In this document: positions 1 through 8,014 of the stretch, piece after piece
How positions within the stretch are numbered: position 1 is the first letter of the stretch
Layout of the letters: each line of letters opens with the position of its first letter
IMG/VR virus record: IMGVR_UViG_2896003607_000008
Span: 2,752 to 66,751 of that record
DNA from: a virus
Taxonomy: Duplodnaviria; Caudoviricetes
DNA: 64,000 nt
Direction: 5' to 3' (one strand)
The notes under the pieces: model-generated
Told to the model about the DNA's origin: nothing
Seen by the model: the letters and a program-made list of their open reading frames with translations, nothing else
Databases searched by the model: none
Made by a program: the position numbers and the translations under genes

Positions 1-369
1 GCCGACCACCGCGAATGTGTCGAGCGTGGTACCCGCATCCGTGATCACGCTGTCGGCCGCACCGTCGTTTTCGAAAGTGGGGGTATTCACCCACGGGTTG
101 AACATGGTCGAGCGGATCAGCTCCGACAGCGGGCTATTGTCCTCGGGATAGGACAGCTCGAAGTTGATGCCGCCGCCGGACGACTGCATCGTCTTGATCG
201 GATCTCCCAACATCCGATCGTCCCGCATCTCCTCGGAGTCGACGTAAGTCGGCGAGAACGACAACGACTCACCGGTGATGCGCATCTTGCGCATGCGCGG
301 CGTGTCAGGCGGAGTGCCTGGCGTGCCCTCACGTACAAGGGCCAAGTACATCCGGTTCGACGACGTCAT
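1..369 (-). CDS. Phage tail tube (major tail) protein, N-terminal part, truncated by the window edge
   Basis: Not in the ORF track; manual translation MTSSNRMYLALVREGTPGTPPDTPRMRKMRITGESLSFSPTYVDSEEMRDDRM..., GGAGA RBS, follows the tail-terminator gene. Confidence 0.75.
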   Translation of the reverse strand, partial: MTSSNRMYLALVREGTPGTPPDTPRMRKMRITGESLSFSPTYVDSEEMRDDRMLGDPIKTMQSSGGGINFELSYPEDNSPLSELIRSTMFNPWVNTPTFENDGAADSVITDAGTTLDTFAVVG

Positions 370-386
370 CTCGATGTCTCCCAATG

Positions 387-407
387 AAAAAGGCGCCTCG
401 CGGCGCC
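387..407 (-). terminator. GC hairpin (GCGA loop) plus U-tract directly upstream of the tail tube RBS
   Basis: Minus strand GGCGCC-GCGA-GGCGCC-TTTTT. Confidence 0.55.
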
Positions 408-441
408 CTGCTCGAAACCCTGATCTTGCAAGCTTGAACTA

Positions 442-672
442 CTACTCGGCACCGCTCTGCGGCCGGCGCGCCTTCTGCGGCAGCACTCGAGCTGGCTCTT
501 CATCGATTGGCTGAGAGACCGGCTCAGGTGCAGCAGACTTCCTGATGAACCCGTTCTTCTCACGCTCTTCGCGCGTGAACGGCGAGATATCCTCGCCATC
601 GCCGATCGTGGAACCTTCGACCAGCCGGCGGTTCACAGTCTTGAATGGCTTCACAACCTTGAATTCGGACAT
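442..672 (-). CDS. Small hypothetical virion-module protein (76 aa, MSEFKVVKPF...)
   Basis: Internal ATG of ORF 442..810 with GAGGG RBS; fits the gap between flanking genes. Confidence 0.65.
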   Translation of the reverse strand: MSEFKVVKPFKTVNRRLVEGSTIGDGEDISPFTREEREKNGFIRKSAAPEPVSQPIDEEPARVLPQKARRPQSGAE

Positions 673-682
673 CGGCTTTCCC

Positions 683-1123
683 TCATTGTGCTTCGGGGCG
701 ACGCCAATCAATTGAGACGGCCGTCGCATAAACGTTGGCAGTTCCTCGTGCGGCGCGGCTCCCGAGATCTGCGTCGAGGAACTCGAGTTCACCGTCCAGA
801 AGCTTGACACCGCGAAACAGGTTCGCCAGAGCCTTCGCTATACGCCGAGACTCGCGCGAACCGATGCCGCGCGGCACGAACACATGGAACCACAACGTTC
901 CATCCTCATCCCAGCGATTATCAGCGGCGTCGTCTCCGCCGCCGATCGACTGCTGCGCGTAGAGGTTTGTGTCGAGCACGACGAGGACCCAAACATCAGG
1001 CGCGTCGTCCGGTTCGTCGTTTTTGTAGTCGTTCTCGAAATAGATCGACGCGAGCGTCGAATCCCAGTTGTTGTCCAGATGCTCTTTGATCGCGTCATAG
1101 ACGTCGTCGTAGGGCGCATCCAT
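683..1123 (-). CDS. Tail terminator-like protein
   Basis: 146 aa acidic protein, G-x-L-x-x-x-V-F-V-P-x-G-x-G motif typical of DUF4128-like terminators, located before the tail tube. Confidence 0.7.
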   Translation of the reverse strand: MDAPYDDVYDAIKEHLDNNWDSTLASIYFENDYKNDEPDDAPDVWVLVVLDTNLYAQQSIGGGDDAADNRWDEDGTLWFHVFVPRGIGSRESRRIAKALANLFRGVKLLDGELEFLDADLGSRAARGTANVYATAVSIDWRRPEAQ

Positions 1124-1782
1124 CAGCTAACCTTCATCGACAGAACGAGCGCCGGATACGTCATCTGCGCGCCTGCCTGGGTGTCTTTACGGAGCTTCTT
1201 CCGCGCGTATGTGCGATACCCGCGACGAAACCGCCCCTTGAGGACATACCCATTTGGAAGCGGAATCATTGTGCGCTTGGCCGTCACGATATTACCGTAC
1301 CTGGACAAGACGGCCTTACGGCCATCTTCAACTACTCCAGGAGGCACCGACATTCGCATGTGCCCCACGTCGATCTTCCGCGAGTACGGTTGGTCGTTGC
1401 AGATGATCACGGTCGCATTGATTGGGATCGCGTCAATGTCTTGCACGCGACCACCGCCGGGCAGCATCACGAACCACGATTGCTTGTAGCGCCCCGACTT
1501 TTCTGGCGATCGCTCAATGAGCGTATCCAGCGCGAATTCTACGATCTCGCGCCAATACTTGAACACATAGAGGATCGGCCCGGGCGGCTGTACGCTTTCC
1601 TCTGGCGCACCTAACCTTCCATTGACGTACCGATCGTACTGATCTGACGCCTCACCTTCATGGATTGCCTTGAGCAGCTCGCGCTTCGCGAACGCTGCAA
1701 GCTCTCGCGCGATGTTCTCCGGCGCGATGCCGGCGGTCGCCAGCTGCAGATCGCGGGCGAAGGTCGAAATCCTCGCCATCAC
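1123..1782 (-). CDS. Neck / tail completion protein (HK97 gp10-like position)
   Basis: Basic 219 aa, SPEKSGRYKQSW and NDQPYSRKID motifs, coupled to neighbours. Confidence 0.6.
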   Translation of the reverse strand: MMARISTFARDLQLATAGIAPENIARELAAFAKRELLKAIHEGEASDQYDRYVNGRLGAPEESVQPPGPILYVFKYWREIVEFALDTLIERSPEKSGRYKQSWFVMLPGGGRVQDIDAIPINATVIICNDQPYSRKIDVGHMRMSVPPGVVEDGRKAVLSRYGNIVTAKRTMIPLPNGYVLKGRFRRGYRTYARKKLRKDTQAGAQMTYPALVLSMKVS

Positions 1783-2123
1783 TGACCCTCGGTGACGATC
1801 TCAAGGCATCCTTGGTACTCTCGATGGTCTGGGTCGATCGTGTTGATCGTCGTCTTCAGACCGCCGATGTAGACGTTGTCGAGTTTGGTGAGCGGGAGTG
1901 GAAACCCTGCGTCCCGAAGATCAAGGATCGAGACGATGATCTTGCGAGTCCCGGCCGTGATACCAGGTGCAAACTCATCCGGCGAATACCCCTCGACGAT
2001 CGCCTTGACGTCAGCCTGGCTCTGAATCGCGAGCGGCAACGTCTTCGTCATCCGCCGGAAGCTTATGAGGTGGCCCCGACGGTTGATCCCGCGCCTTGCG
2101 CGCGCCGCAGCGGCATCGTCCAT
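1779..2123 (-). CDS. Putative head-closure / head-tail joining protein
   Basis: 114 aa, synteny, overlapping start/stop codons. Confidence 0.55.
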   Translation of the reverse strand: MDDAAAARARRGINRRGHLISFRRMTKTLPLAIQSQADVKAIVEGYSPDEFAPGITAGTRKIIVSILDLRDAGFPLPLTKLDNVYIGGLKTTINTIDPDHREYQGCLEIVTEGQ

Positions 2124-2782
2124 TATCCCACCGACTCATAGCAGAACGGGTCAAGAGTAGCGGCAATATCCGGCGGAAATGCCCCGTTCTCGCCGATCTG
2201 GCCAACCCAGTAGTCGACCCGCTCGATATCAGTTGTCCATTCCGACTTCACAGCAGGATCGCGTGTCGCGGCGAACCGCGCTCCGCGGATCAGCCCAATC
2301 GTTGCCCCCTCAATCGGAAGCGGCAACGTGAAGTCCGCCGTTCCCGGCAGCGTCCATCCGGCCTTGTAAGTCACCACCGTTCTCCGGCGGCCGCATTCAG
2401 CTGCGCGTAAACTGCTGCCGCGGACCCGACGTAGAATCCCGGCGGCTCCGTCGATTTCGATGTCATCGAGGTCGATCGGTTCGCCAGCGGCGACAACGGA
2501 CACGACCTCTGTCACCGGCATCCTGGCCAGCATCAGCGTGTTGTAACGCGATCCTGTCCAAGGGCTTTGCCAGAAGGTCTCGGCGATTGTTTCAAGGCCA
2601 AGCGTGACCGATCCGTCATTCGCCGCAGGAACGCGGAGGTATGAGCAGACAGCCGCAGAAGCGCGGTCGATCAGTCGCTGCAGCTTTTCGTCCTGCGCCG
2701 TTCCCGAGATGTCGAGCTCAAGCTTAAGGTTGTCGAGCGTCGTGAGCTGCCGGCTCGTGGCTCGGGTGATCACGGTGAACAT
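2123..2782 (-). CDS. Head-tail connector (adaptor) protein
   Basis: LTTLDNLKLEL...DEKLQRLIDRAS N-terminus and VVTYKAGW motif typical of gp6-like adaptors. Confidence 0.75.
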   Translation of the reverse strand: MFTVITRATSRQLTTLDNLKLELDISGTAQDEKLQRLIDRASAAVCSYLRVPAANDGSVTLGLETIAETFWQSPWTGSRYNTLMLARMPVTEVVSVVAAGEPIDLDDIEIDGAAGILRRVRGSSLRAAECGRRRTVVTYKAGWTLPGTADFTLPLPIEGATIGLIRGARFAATRDPAVKSEWTTDIERVDYWVGQIGENGAFPPDIAATLDPFCYESVG

Positions 2783-2845
2783 CGGCAGCTACTCCAGAAG
2801 GCATTGGCTGCGGGGACGTATCCCCGCCCGCCAGCGTTGCCGACA

Positions 2846-3445
2846 TCAGCTCTTCGCGTGCGCTTTGATCGCGTCGACGATTTCAGCCTTGGTCGTGAGG
2901 CCGGTGATGTCGATGAAGTCCTGCTCGGCAAGCGACTTCAGCTCGTCGACATGCAGAGCATCGTAATCGCCAGAAGCGATCGCAGCCTTCACAACGTCGT
3001 CACGCTCCAACAGCTTGACGGCGTCGGCCTTGGTCTTGACGTCGCCGCCCGGGATGCCGCGCGTCTCGAGCAGCGCCTTCAGCTCGGCGACCTTGAGATC
3101 ATTGTAGTCTGTCTTGAGGACAGATTTGTCGCCGCCGCCGTCGAGCTCGAGATCCTGCTGACCGTCCTTGTTCGGCAAGGACGCCGTTCCGAGTTGGCGG
3201 CGATTGAGATCGGAGATGACGAGATTGACGTCAGCCGATGCTCCCGCCGCCTTGGTGCGGTCGTCATCGCTCGCCCATTCCGCGACGCCGCGCTTGACCC
3301 ACCGATCGGCCGATCGCGCCGACATCTCATAGGTTTTGCCAGCGACGAAGCGCTGCTCTTCCGGTGTTCCCTTGCGGTGATCGTCGACCACTCGCGTTTC
3401 GGTGAACTTGATGCTGACGTTCTCGTCCATTTCGCTCTCTCCCAT
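2846..3445 (-). CDS. Head-module protein with two HeH/LEM/SAP-like repeats
   Basis: YNDLKVAELKALLETRGI...TKADAVKLL and YDALHVDELKSLAEQDFI...TKAEIVDAI repeats. Confidence 0.65.
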   Translation of the reverse strand: MGESEMDENVSIKFTETRVVDDHRKGTPEEQRFVAGKTYEMSARSADRWVKRGVAEWASDDDRTKAAGASADVNLVISDLNRRQLGTASLPNKDGQQDLELDGGGDKSVLKTDYNDLKVAELKALLETRGIPGGDVKTKADAVKLLERDDVVKAAIASGDYDALHVDELKSLAEQDFIDITGLTTKAEIVDAIKAHAKS

Positions 3446-3513
3446 GTGTTGAGCTGCACAGCTTCAGGGCGCCCCGTCGCCGGAGCGCCCTTTGCTCAGT
3501 GTGCGGCTACGGA

Positions 3514-3966
3514 CTAGACCGCGGCCGCGACGCTGGTCAGGTTGCTGTCGCTCGCCGGCGAGTAGCGCGGATTGATGCCGAGCACGACCGCATCGGCGAG
3601 GCTCGCCGCCGTCGCCACGGTGATCCGCAGCTGCACGAAGGTGAACCCGTTCTGCTTGTCGAGATCGCCGGTATTGAGATCGAGGATCGCCTGCTTGTTG
3701 TCCGAGGCGGCCTTGGTCATCTGGACGATCGCCTTCCCGCTCACATCCTTGGCGCCGGTGCCGGAGCTGTCCTGAGCCTGGCGGAACTTGGCATCGATCG
3801 TCGCACTCGCGCCGAGCACTCCGGCCTTGATGATGGCCATGAGGCAGGGAACCTTCGCGGTGTCGATCCACGCGGTGTCGGCGGTGCCGGCCGCAATCGA
3901 GGCCGGGCTGATCACTCCGAGCACTGCGATCTGCTCGCTCGCTTTCGCGTTCAACATTGACTTCAC
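3514..3966 (-). CDS. Putative capsid decoration / cement protein
   Basis: 150 aa Ala/Thr-rich beta-type protein directly after the major capsid gene. Confidence 0.6.
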   Translation of the reverse strand: MKSMLNAKASEQIAVLGVISPASIAAGTADTAWIDTAKVPCLMAIIKAGVLGASATIDAKFRQAQDSSGTGAKDVSGKAIVQMTKAASDNKQAILDLNTGDLDKQNGFTFVQLRITVATAASLADAVVLGINPRYSPASDSNLTSVAAAV

Positions 3967-4041
3967 TCCCGTGTCCGGATTTCCCGGCGGTGAACTGGTG
4001 GAAACGAGCGGCGCCGACCTCGCCGGCGCCGCCGAGGTGGG

Positions 4042-5334
4042 TTACGCGCGCTCGCCGAGCGTCACGAACGGGCTGAGCGTGTCGGAGCCCTTGAACGGCT
4101 CCAGCGGGGTGTCCCAGATCGGCTGGCCGTCCATCCGCACGACGAAGCGGAACGTGGTCTCGTCGTTGATGAAGCGGGCGTGGATCGAGATGTCCTGCTT
4201 GATGCCGCCCTTCTGGATCGTCAGGTACTGCTGGAGATCCATGGCGACGATGTCGCCCTTGTCGCCGAGCTGGGAATTGAACTCGGTCGGCACAACCGGG
4301 CGGCCGAGCAGACGCGAGAACGGTTCGCCTTCGATGGTGCCCTGCGGCAGGTAGATCGGCGTGTTGCCGATCTTCATCGTCATGAGCTGCGGCTCGATCT
4401 GCTGGTTGATCGTCCAGATCATCGAACCGCGGCTACGCAGCCACATGCGGGCCCACATCTTGACGATGTTCTCGACCACCACGGTGTCGGCGCCCTGCCC
4501 GCTTTCCGGCGCGACGGTGACCAGCGCGCCCGACTTCATCACGCCGAGCGGCATGCCGCTGCCGACGCCTTCGAAGATCGCGTCGTCGATCTTGAACGCG
4601 AACTCGTCGCCGAAGATCTCGGGGATCAGAGCGCCGAGCAGCGCCGAGTCATCGAGCATCTCGTCCGTCGCGTACAGCAGGCCGGTCAGCTTGTGCAGCC
4701 GCATGTCCATCTGCCGGAACTTCAGGTCCGTACCGATCTTCTGCTGGCCTTCACCGGTCCAGAACGCCTGGGCACCGCCGAACCGCGTGCCGTTCTTGCG
4801 GCTCGAGTCCCTCAGCGCATTGATCTTGACGCCGTTGGAGTTCGGGCCGACCGGCAGCTGACGGGTACGCGCCAGCAGATCGCTGCGCTCATAGGCGCGG
4901 CGCATCAGCTCGGGCACGAAGTCCTGCTGCACGAGATAGCCGCCATCCGCGCCGCCGCCCTCGTTCATGCCGCTCGCAGCGTTCCACTGCAGGCGATCAT
5001 CGACGCCCAGCTTGCGGCCAGCAGCGACGATTGCCTGCATCTGCTCGCCGAGCGAACCGAACTTCTTCGTCGGCTCGGCCGGCACAGTCGAGGCGTGTTC
5101 CTCTTCGGTCTGACCGTTGAGGTTCGACGCCGACTCCATGGAGCGGCGCTCGTCCATCAGCGTTTCCTCGCGGGCGATCTGCGAGTTCACGGCCGGCAGC
5201 TCGGTGTCGACGATCGCCGCCAACCGCGCGGTCTCTTCCGTGGTAATCGTGTTGGCGTCTTCCTTCGCGGTCAGTTCGCCGGCCTCCTTCAGGAGCGCCG
5301 CCTTCTTGTCCCGCAGGGTCTTGATACGCATCAC
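4042..5334 (-). CDS. Major capsid protein (HK97 fold) with N-terminal coiled-coil delta-like domain
   Basis: DGGYLV, hallmark LLGRPVVPTE and RFVVRMDGQP motifs; 430 aa; GGAGA RBS. Confidence 0.93.
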   Translation of the reverse strand: MMRIKTLRDKKAALLKEAGELTAKEDANTITTEETARLAAIVDTELPAVNSQIAREETLMDERRSMESASNLNGQTEEEHASTVPAEPTKKFGSLGEQMQAIVAAGRKLGVDDRLQWNAASGMNEGGGADGGYLVQQDFVPELMRRAYERSDLLARTRQLPVGPNSNGVKINALRDSSRKNGTRFGGAQAFWTGEGQQKIGTDLKFRQMDMRLHKLTGLLYATDEMLDDSALLGALIPEIFGDEFAFKIDDAIFEGVGSGMPLGVMKSGALVTVAPESGQGADTVVVENIVKMWARMWLRSRGSMIWTINQQIEPQLMTMKIGNTPIYLPQGTIEGEPFSRLLGRPVVPTEFNSQLGDKGDIVAMDLQQYLTIQKGGIKQDISIHARFINDETTFRFVVRMDGQPIWDTPLEPFKGSDTLSPFVTLGERA

Positions 5335-5349
5335 ATTGTCTCCAAACGC

Positions 5350-5376
5350 AAAAAGCGCCCGGCGAGGGGGCGCTTT
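5350..5376 (-). terminator. Hairpin plus U-tract between the two capsid genes, just upstream of the MCP RBS
   Basis: Minus strand AAAGCGCCC-cctcgcc-GGGCGCTTT-TT. Confidence 0.55.
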
Positions 5377-5486
5377 GATCGTCAGTTTCGGGTGTTAGTT
5401 CAATCGGGGCTCAAATGAGCCCGCCTAGACACGCGGAGATCACGGTCTCAACAGAGCCGCTACTCCACGAATTCGGTGCGCTGTTG

Positions 5487-6506
5487 CTACTTGCGTTCGC
5501 CGAGCGCGATGAAAGGCGACTGGGTGTTGTCAGAGTTCTTCGGCGTGATCGGCGTTGCCCAGGCCGGCTGCCCGTCGACGCGATACCGCGTCTTGAACGC
5601 CGTTTCGTCAGTGTCGAAGGATACGTGGATCGAACTCAGCATCTGCGGGTCGTTCTTGATCAGCAGGTACTGGCTGAAGTCGCACAGCATCAGGTCACCG
5701 GATGAACCGATCGGCGACGTGTATTCGCAGAGCTCGACGGGCATCTGGAGCAGCAGGCGCGAGCCAGGCTCCGCACCTTCAGTGAAGAGCTCGAGGCCGA
5801 GCTCCTCTTCAAGCTCCACGATCTTCGCGAAGATGTCGTTGCCCATGAGCCAGATCGCTTCGCGATGCGACGGCCCCCACAACCGGCTCGCCATATCGAC
5901 GAGATTCTTCCTGGTGACGGAGCCGGCGGCTTGGCCCGCCTCTGGCGCAACCACGATCAGCGCACCACTCTTCATGATCCCAAGCGGCTTGCCGACGCCG
6001 TCTCCGTTCACGATCCCGTCTTCGATCGCGAATGCAGCCTCCAGGGCGAACAGCCGCTCGACCAGTGATTGCAGAGCGGGTCCGTCCTCGAGCAGCTCGT
6101 CGGACGCATAGATCAAGCCCAACAGCTTCTTCAGTTCGAGCTTGAGCAGCTCGACATCGATCCCAGACGGATCGCCGGTGCCACCCTCATCCGTCCAGAG
6201 CATCCTGGCGCCGCCGAAGCGGCTGCCTTCAGCGCGCGACCCTTCCTTGATCGCCGGGATGCGGAACGCCTTCCTCCCGGAGGTCATCTGCTCATCGCAC
6301 CGCGCCAAGATCCGACCGGTGTCGTAGACCCGCGACCACAGCCCCAACGCGATGTCGTCAGGGACAAGGTAGCCGCCGGCCGATCCGCCCCCCTCATACT
6401 GACCGGTCGCCACCGACTTAACCTGCAGCCGACGATCCGAGACTTCGCCGCCGGCGCCGAGCACGGCGACAAGGAATTCAGCAAGGCTCACGAACTGCTT
6501 GTTCAT
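5487..6506 (-). CDS. Second major-capsid paralogue (339 aa) lacking the N-terminal coiled coil
   Basis: Colinear with 4042..5334 (AGGYLVP, SRFGG, GKPLGIMKSGAL, RYRVDGQP, SPFIALGER); start MNKQF chosen from GGAG RBS (alternative coupled ATG at 6521). Confidence 0.85.
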   Translation of the reverse strand: MNKQFVSLAEFLVAVLGAGGEVSDRRLQVKSVATGQYEGGGSAGGYLVPDDIALGLWSRVYDTGRILARCDEQMTSGRKAFRIPAIKEGSRAEGSRFGGARMLWTDEGGTGDPSGIDVELLKLELKKLLGLIYASDELLEDGPALQSLVERLFALEAAFAIEDGIVNGDGVGKPLGIMKSGALIVVAPEAGQAAGSVTRKNLVDMASRLWGPSHREAIWLMGNDIFAKIVELEEELGLELFTEGAEPGSRLLLQMPVELCEYTSPIGSSGDLMLCDFSQYLLIKNDPQMLSSIHVSFDTDETAFKTRYRVDGQPAWATPITPKNSDNTQSPFIALGERK

Positions 6507-6520
6507 GTTCGCTCCGATCA

Positions 6521-8014
6521 TCAGGAGAGGCTGGCGAGCGCGAGACGGCGGCGGCGCGCAGCGCGCTCGGCGCTGGCGCGCTCTTCCGCCGTCGGCGGCG
6601 GCGAAGAGAACGACGCATTCGGCTCCAGTACGCAGAGCCATTCGCCAGCCGCGTTCTCGCCAAGCTTCGTGTAGACAGCTGCGCCGTTCGCGACCGCGAC
6701 GGTCACAGTGTTTCCGACACAACTCGCGAGACCGCGCTCTAGGATTGCAGGGTCGAGCTTCGCTTGCTTCGGCCAGTCTTCGACAACGAAGACCTTCTTC
6801 TGATCTCCGTCCGAGTCCTGCCTGAACACGATCGCCCGCGCGTCCCCGAAGAGCGCTACAACATCAACGACAAGCTCTCCGACGTTGGCCGCGACCGCGG
6901 AAAGACTCGCGACGGCGGAAAGGCTGACGCCGCTAATGTCTCCGTCGACCGTCGTGACCACCTGATACAGCGCGGGCTCTTCACTCACCGTGGTGGCCGA
7001 ATTCGCGGCCTTGTCCTGCTCAGCCGCCGGCTCTTCTCCGCCGGCAGCGGACGTCGGCGGAGTGCCATCCTCACAACCGCGGCGCCTTCGTGCGTCAGCG
7101 GGCTGCAGCTGTACTCCGCACCCGAGAAGAGCGGTGCGCATCGACTGGATGTCGTCGATCATGCCGACGCTTTTTGCCATCTGAGCCGACATGCACCGGC
7201 CCTTGCCGAACGTATTGATCACGGCGTCGGCCTTCATCCTGCGTCCGCGCGCAACACCGCCGATGAAATCGCGATAAGTCTGATCGACTTCGGTCTGGTA
7301 GTAGTTACGCGCCTCATCCGACAGCGGCTCGTACGCGTTTCCCTCGGTCTTGTACTCGCCGGCATAGATGAACGTCGGCTTGATACCGGCGTCCTTGAGC
7401 ATCGCTGAGCAGTCGGTGTGCATCATGAACACGCCAACCGATCCGACGTCCGCAGACGGAACAGCGATGATGGTGGTCGCTTGCGAAGCGATCCAGTAAC
7501 CAGCCGATGCGCACAACGGGTCAATGACCGCCGTAACCTTCTTCGCCTTGCGGGCATTGAACACCGCATCGGCAGCTTCCGGCGTTCCGGTCACCCGACC
7601 GCCAGGCGTGTCGATGATCAGAACGATCTGATCAATCGCCGGGTCCGCGGCCATCTCGTTCATGGTCTCTGCCAGCAGCTTCGTGCTGAAGCAATACGGC
7701 TGGTACTCGAGATCGTAGAGAGCAATTCCCTGCACCGGGACTACCGCGGTGAACTTCCCCTGCTTCGCGCTCGGGACGAGCTGCTGACCTGAGAACGCGG
7801 TGATGTGTTCCGGCTCAATGCCGTCCTCAGCATCGGCGCGGCGATCCGAGAAGAACTCCTTGATCTCGCCGTCGTGCACGCGCTCTCCACGCGCGATGCG
7901 TTCCAACAATACCGATAGAGATGCGCCGAACCCGTGCCGCATCTCGTAGGCAAGCGGAGCCCCGATGCTGTTTCGGATCTCACGCTTGAACCGCTGCATT
8001 GCGCCCATCTGCAA
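6521..8014 (-). CDS. S49 (SppA-like) prohead protease with long C-terminal extension
   Basis: IDTPGG, CASAGYWIASQA, VGSVGV, AGEYKTEG motifs; between portal and capsid. Confidence 0.9.
   Translation of the reverse strand: MQMGAMQRFKREIRNSIGAPLAYEMRHGFGASLSVLLERIARGERVHDGEIKEFFSDRRADAEDGIEPEHITAFSGQQLVPSAKQGKFTAVVPVQGIALYDLEYQPYCFSTKLLAETMNEMAADPAIDQIVLIIDTPGGRVTGTPEAADAVFNARKAKKVTAVIDPLCASAGYWIASQATTIIAVPSADVGSVGVFMMHTDCSAMLKDAGIKPTFIYAGEYKTEGNAYEPLSDEARNYYQTEVDQTYRDFIGGVARGRRMKADAVINTFGKGRCMSAQMAKSVGMIDDIQSMRTALLGCGVQLQPADARRRRGCEDGTPPTSAAGGEEPAAEQDKAANSATTVSEEPALYQVVTTVDGDISGVSLSAVASLSAVAANVGELVVDVVALFGDARAIVFRQDSDGDQKKVFVVEDWPKQAKLDPAILERGLASCVGNTVTVAVANGAAVYTKLGENAAGEWLCVLEPNASFSSPPPTAEERASAERAARRRRLALASLS

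Noticed and set aside
4180-5418. Long antisense ORFs (e.g. 4180..5418 +, 18188..19240 -, 21477..22553 -, 45144..46364 -, 42535..43500 -)
   Set aside because: Shadow frames of well-supported genes in GC-rich DNA, with no motifs or RBS
6522-6722. N-terminal extension of ORF 5487..6722, or a programmed frameshift making a protease-capsid fusion
   Set aside because: Extension is Arg-rich off-frame sequence overlapping the protease; no canonical slippery heptamer seen; good RBS at 6506
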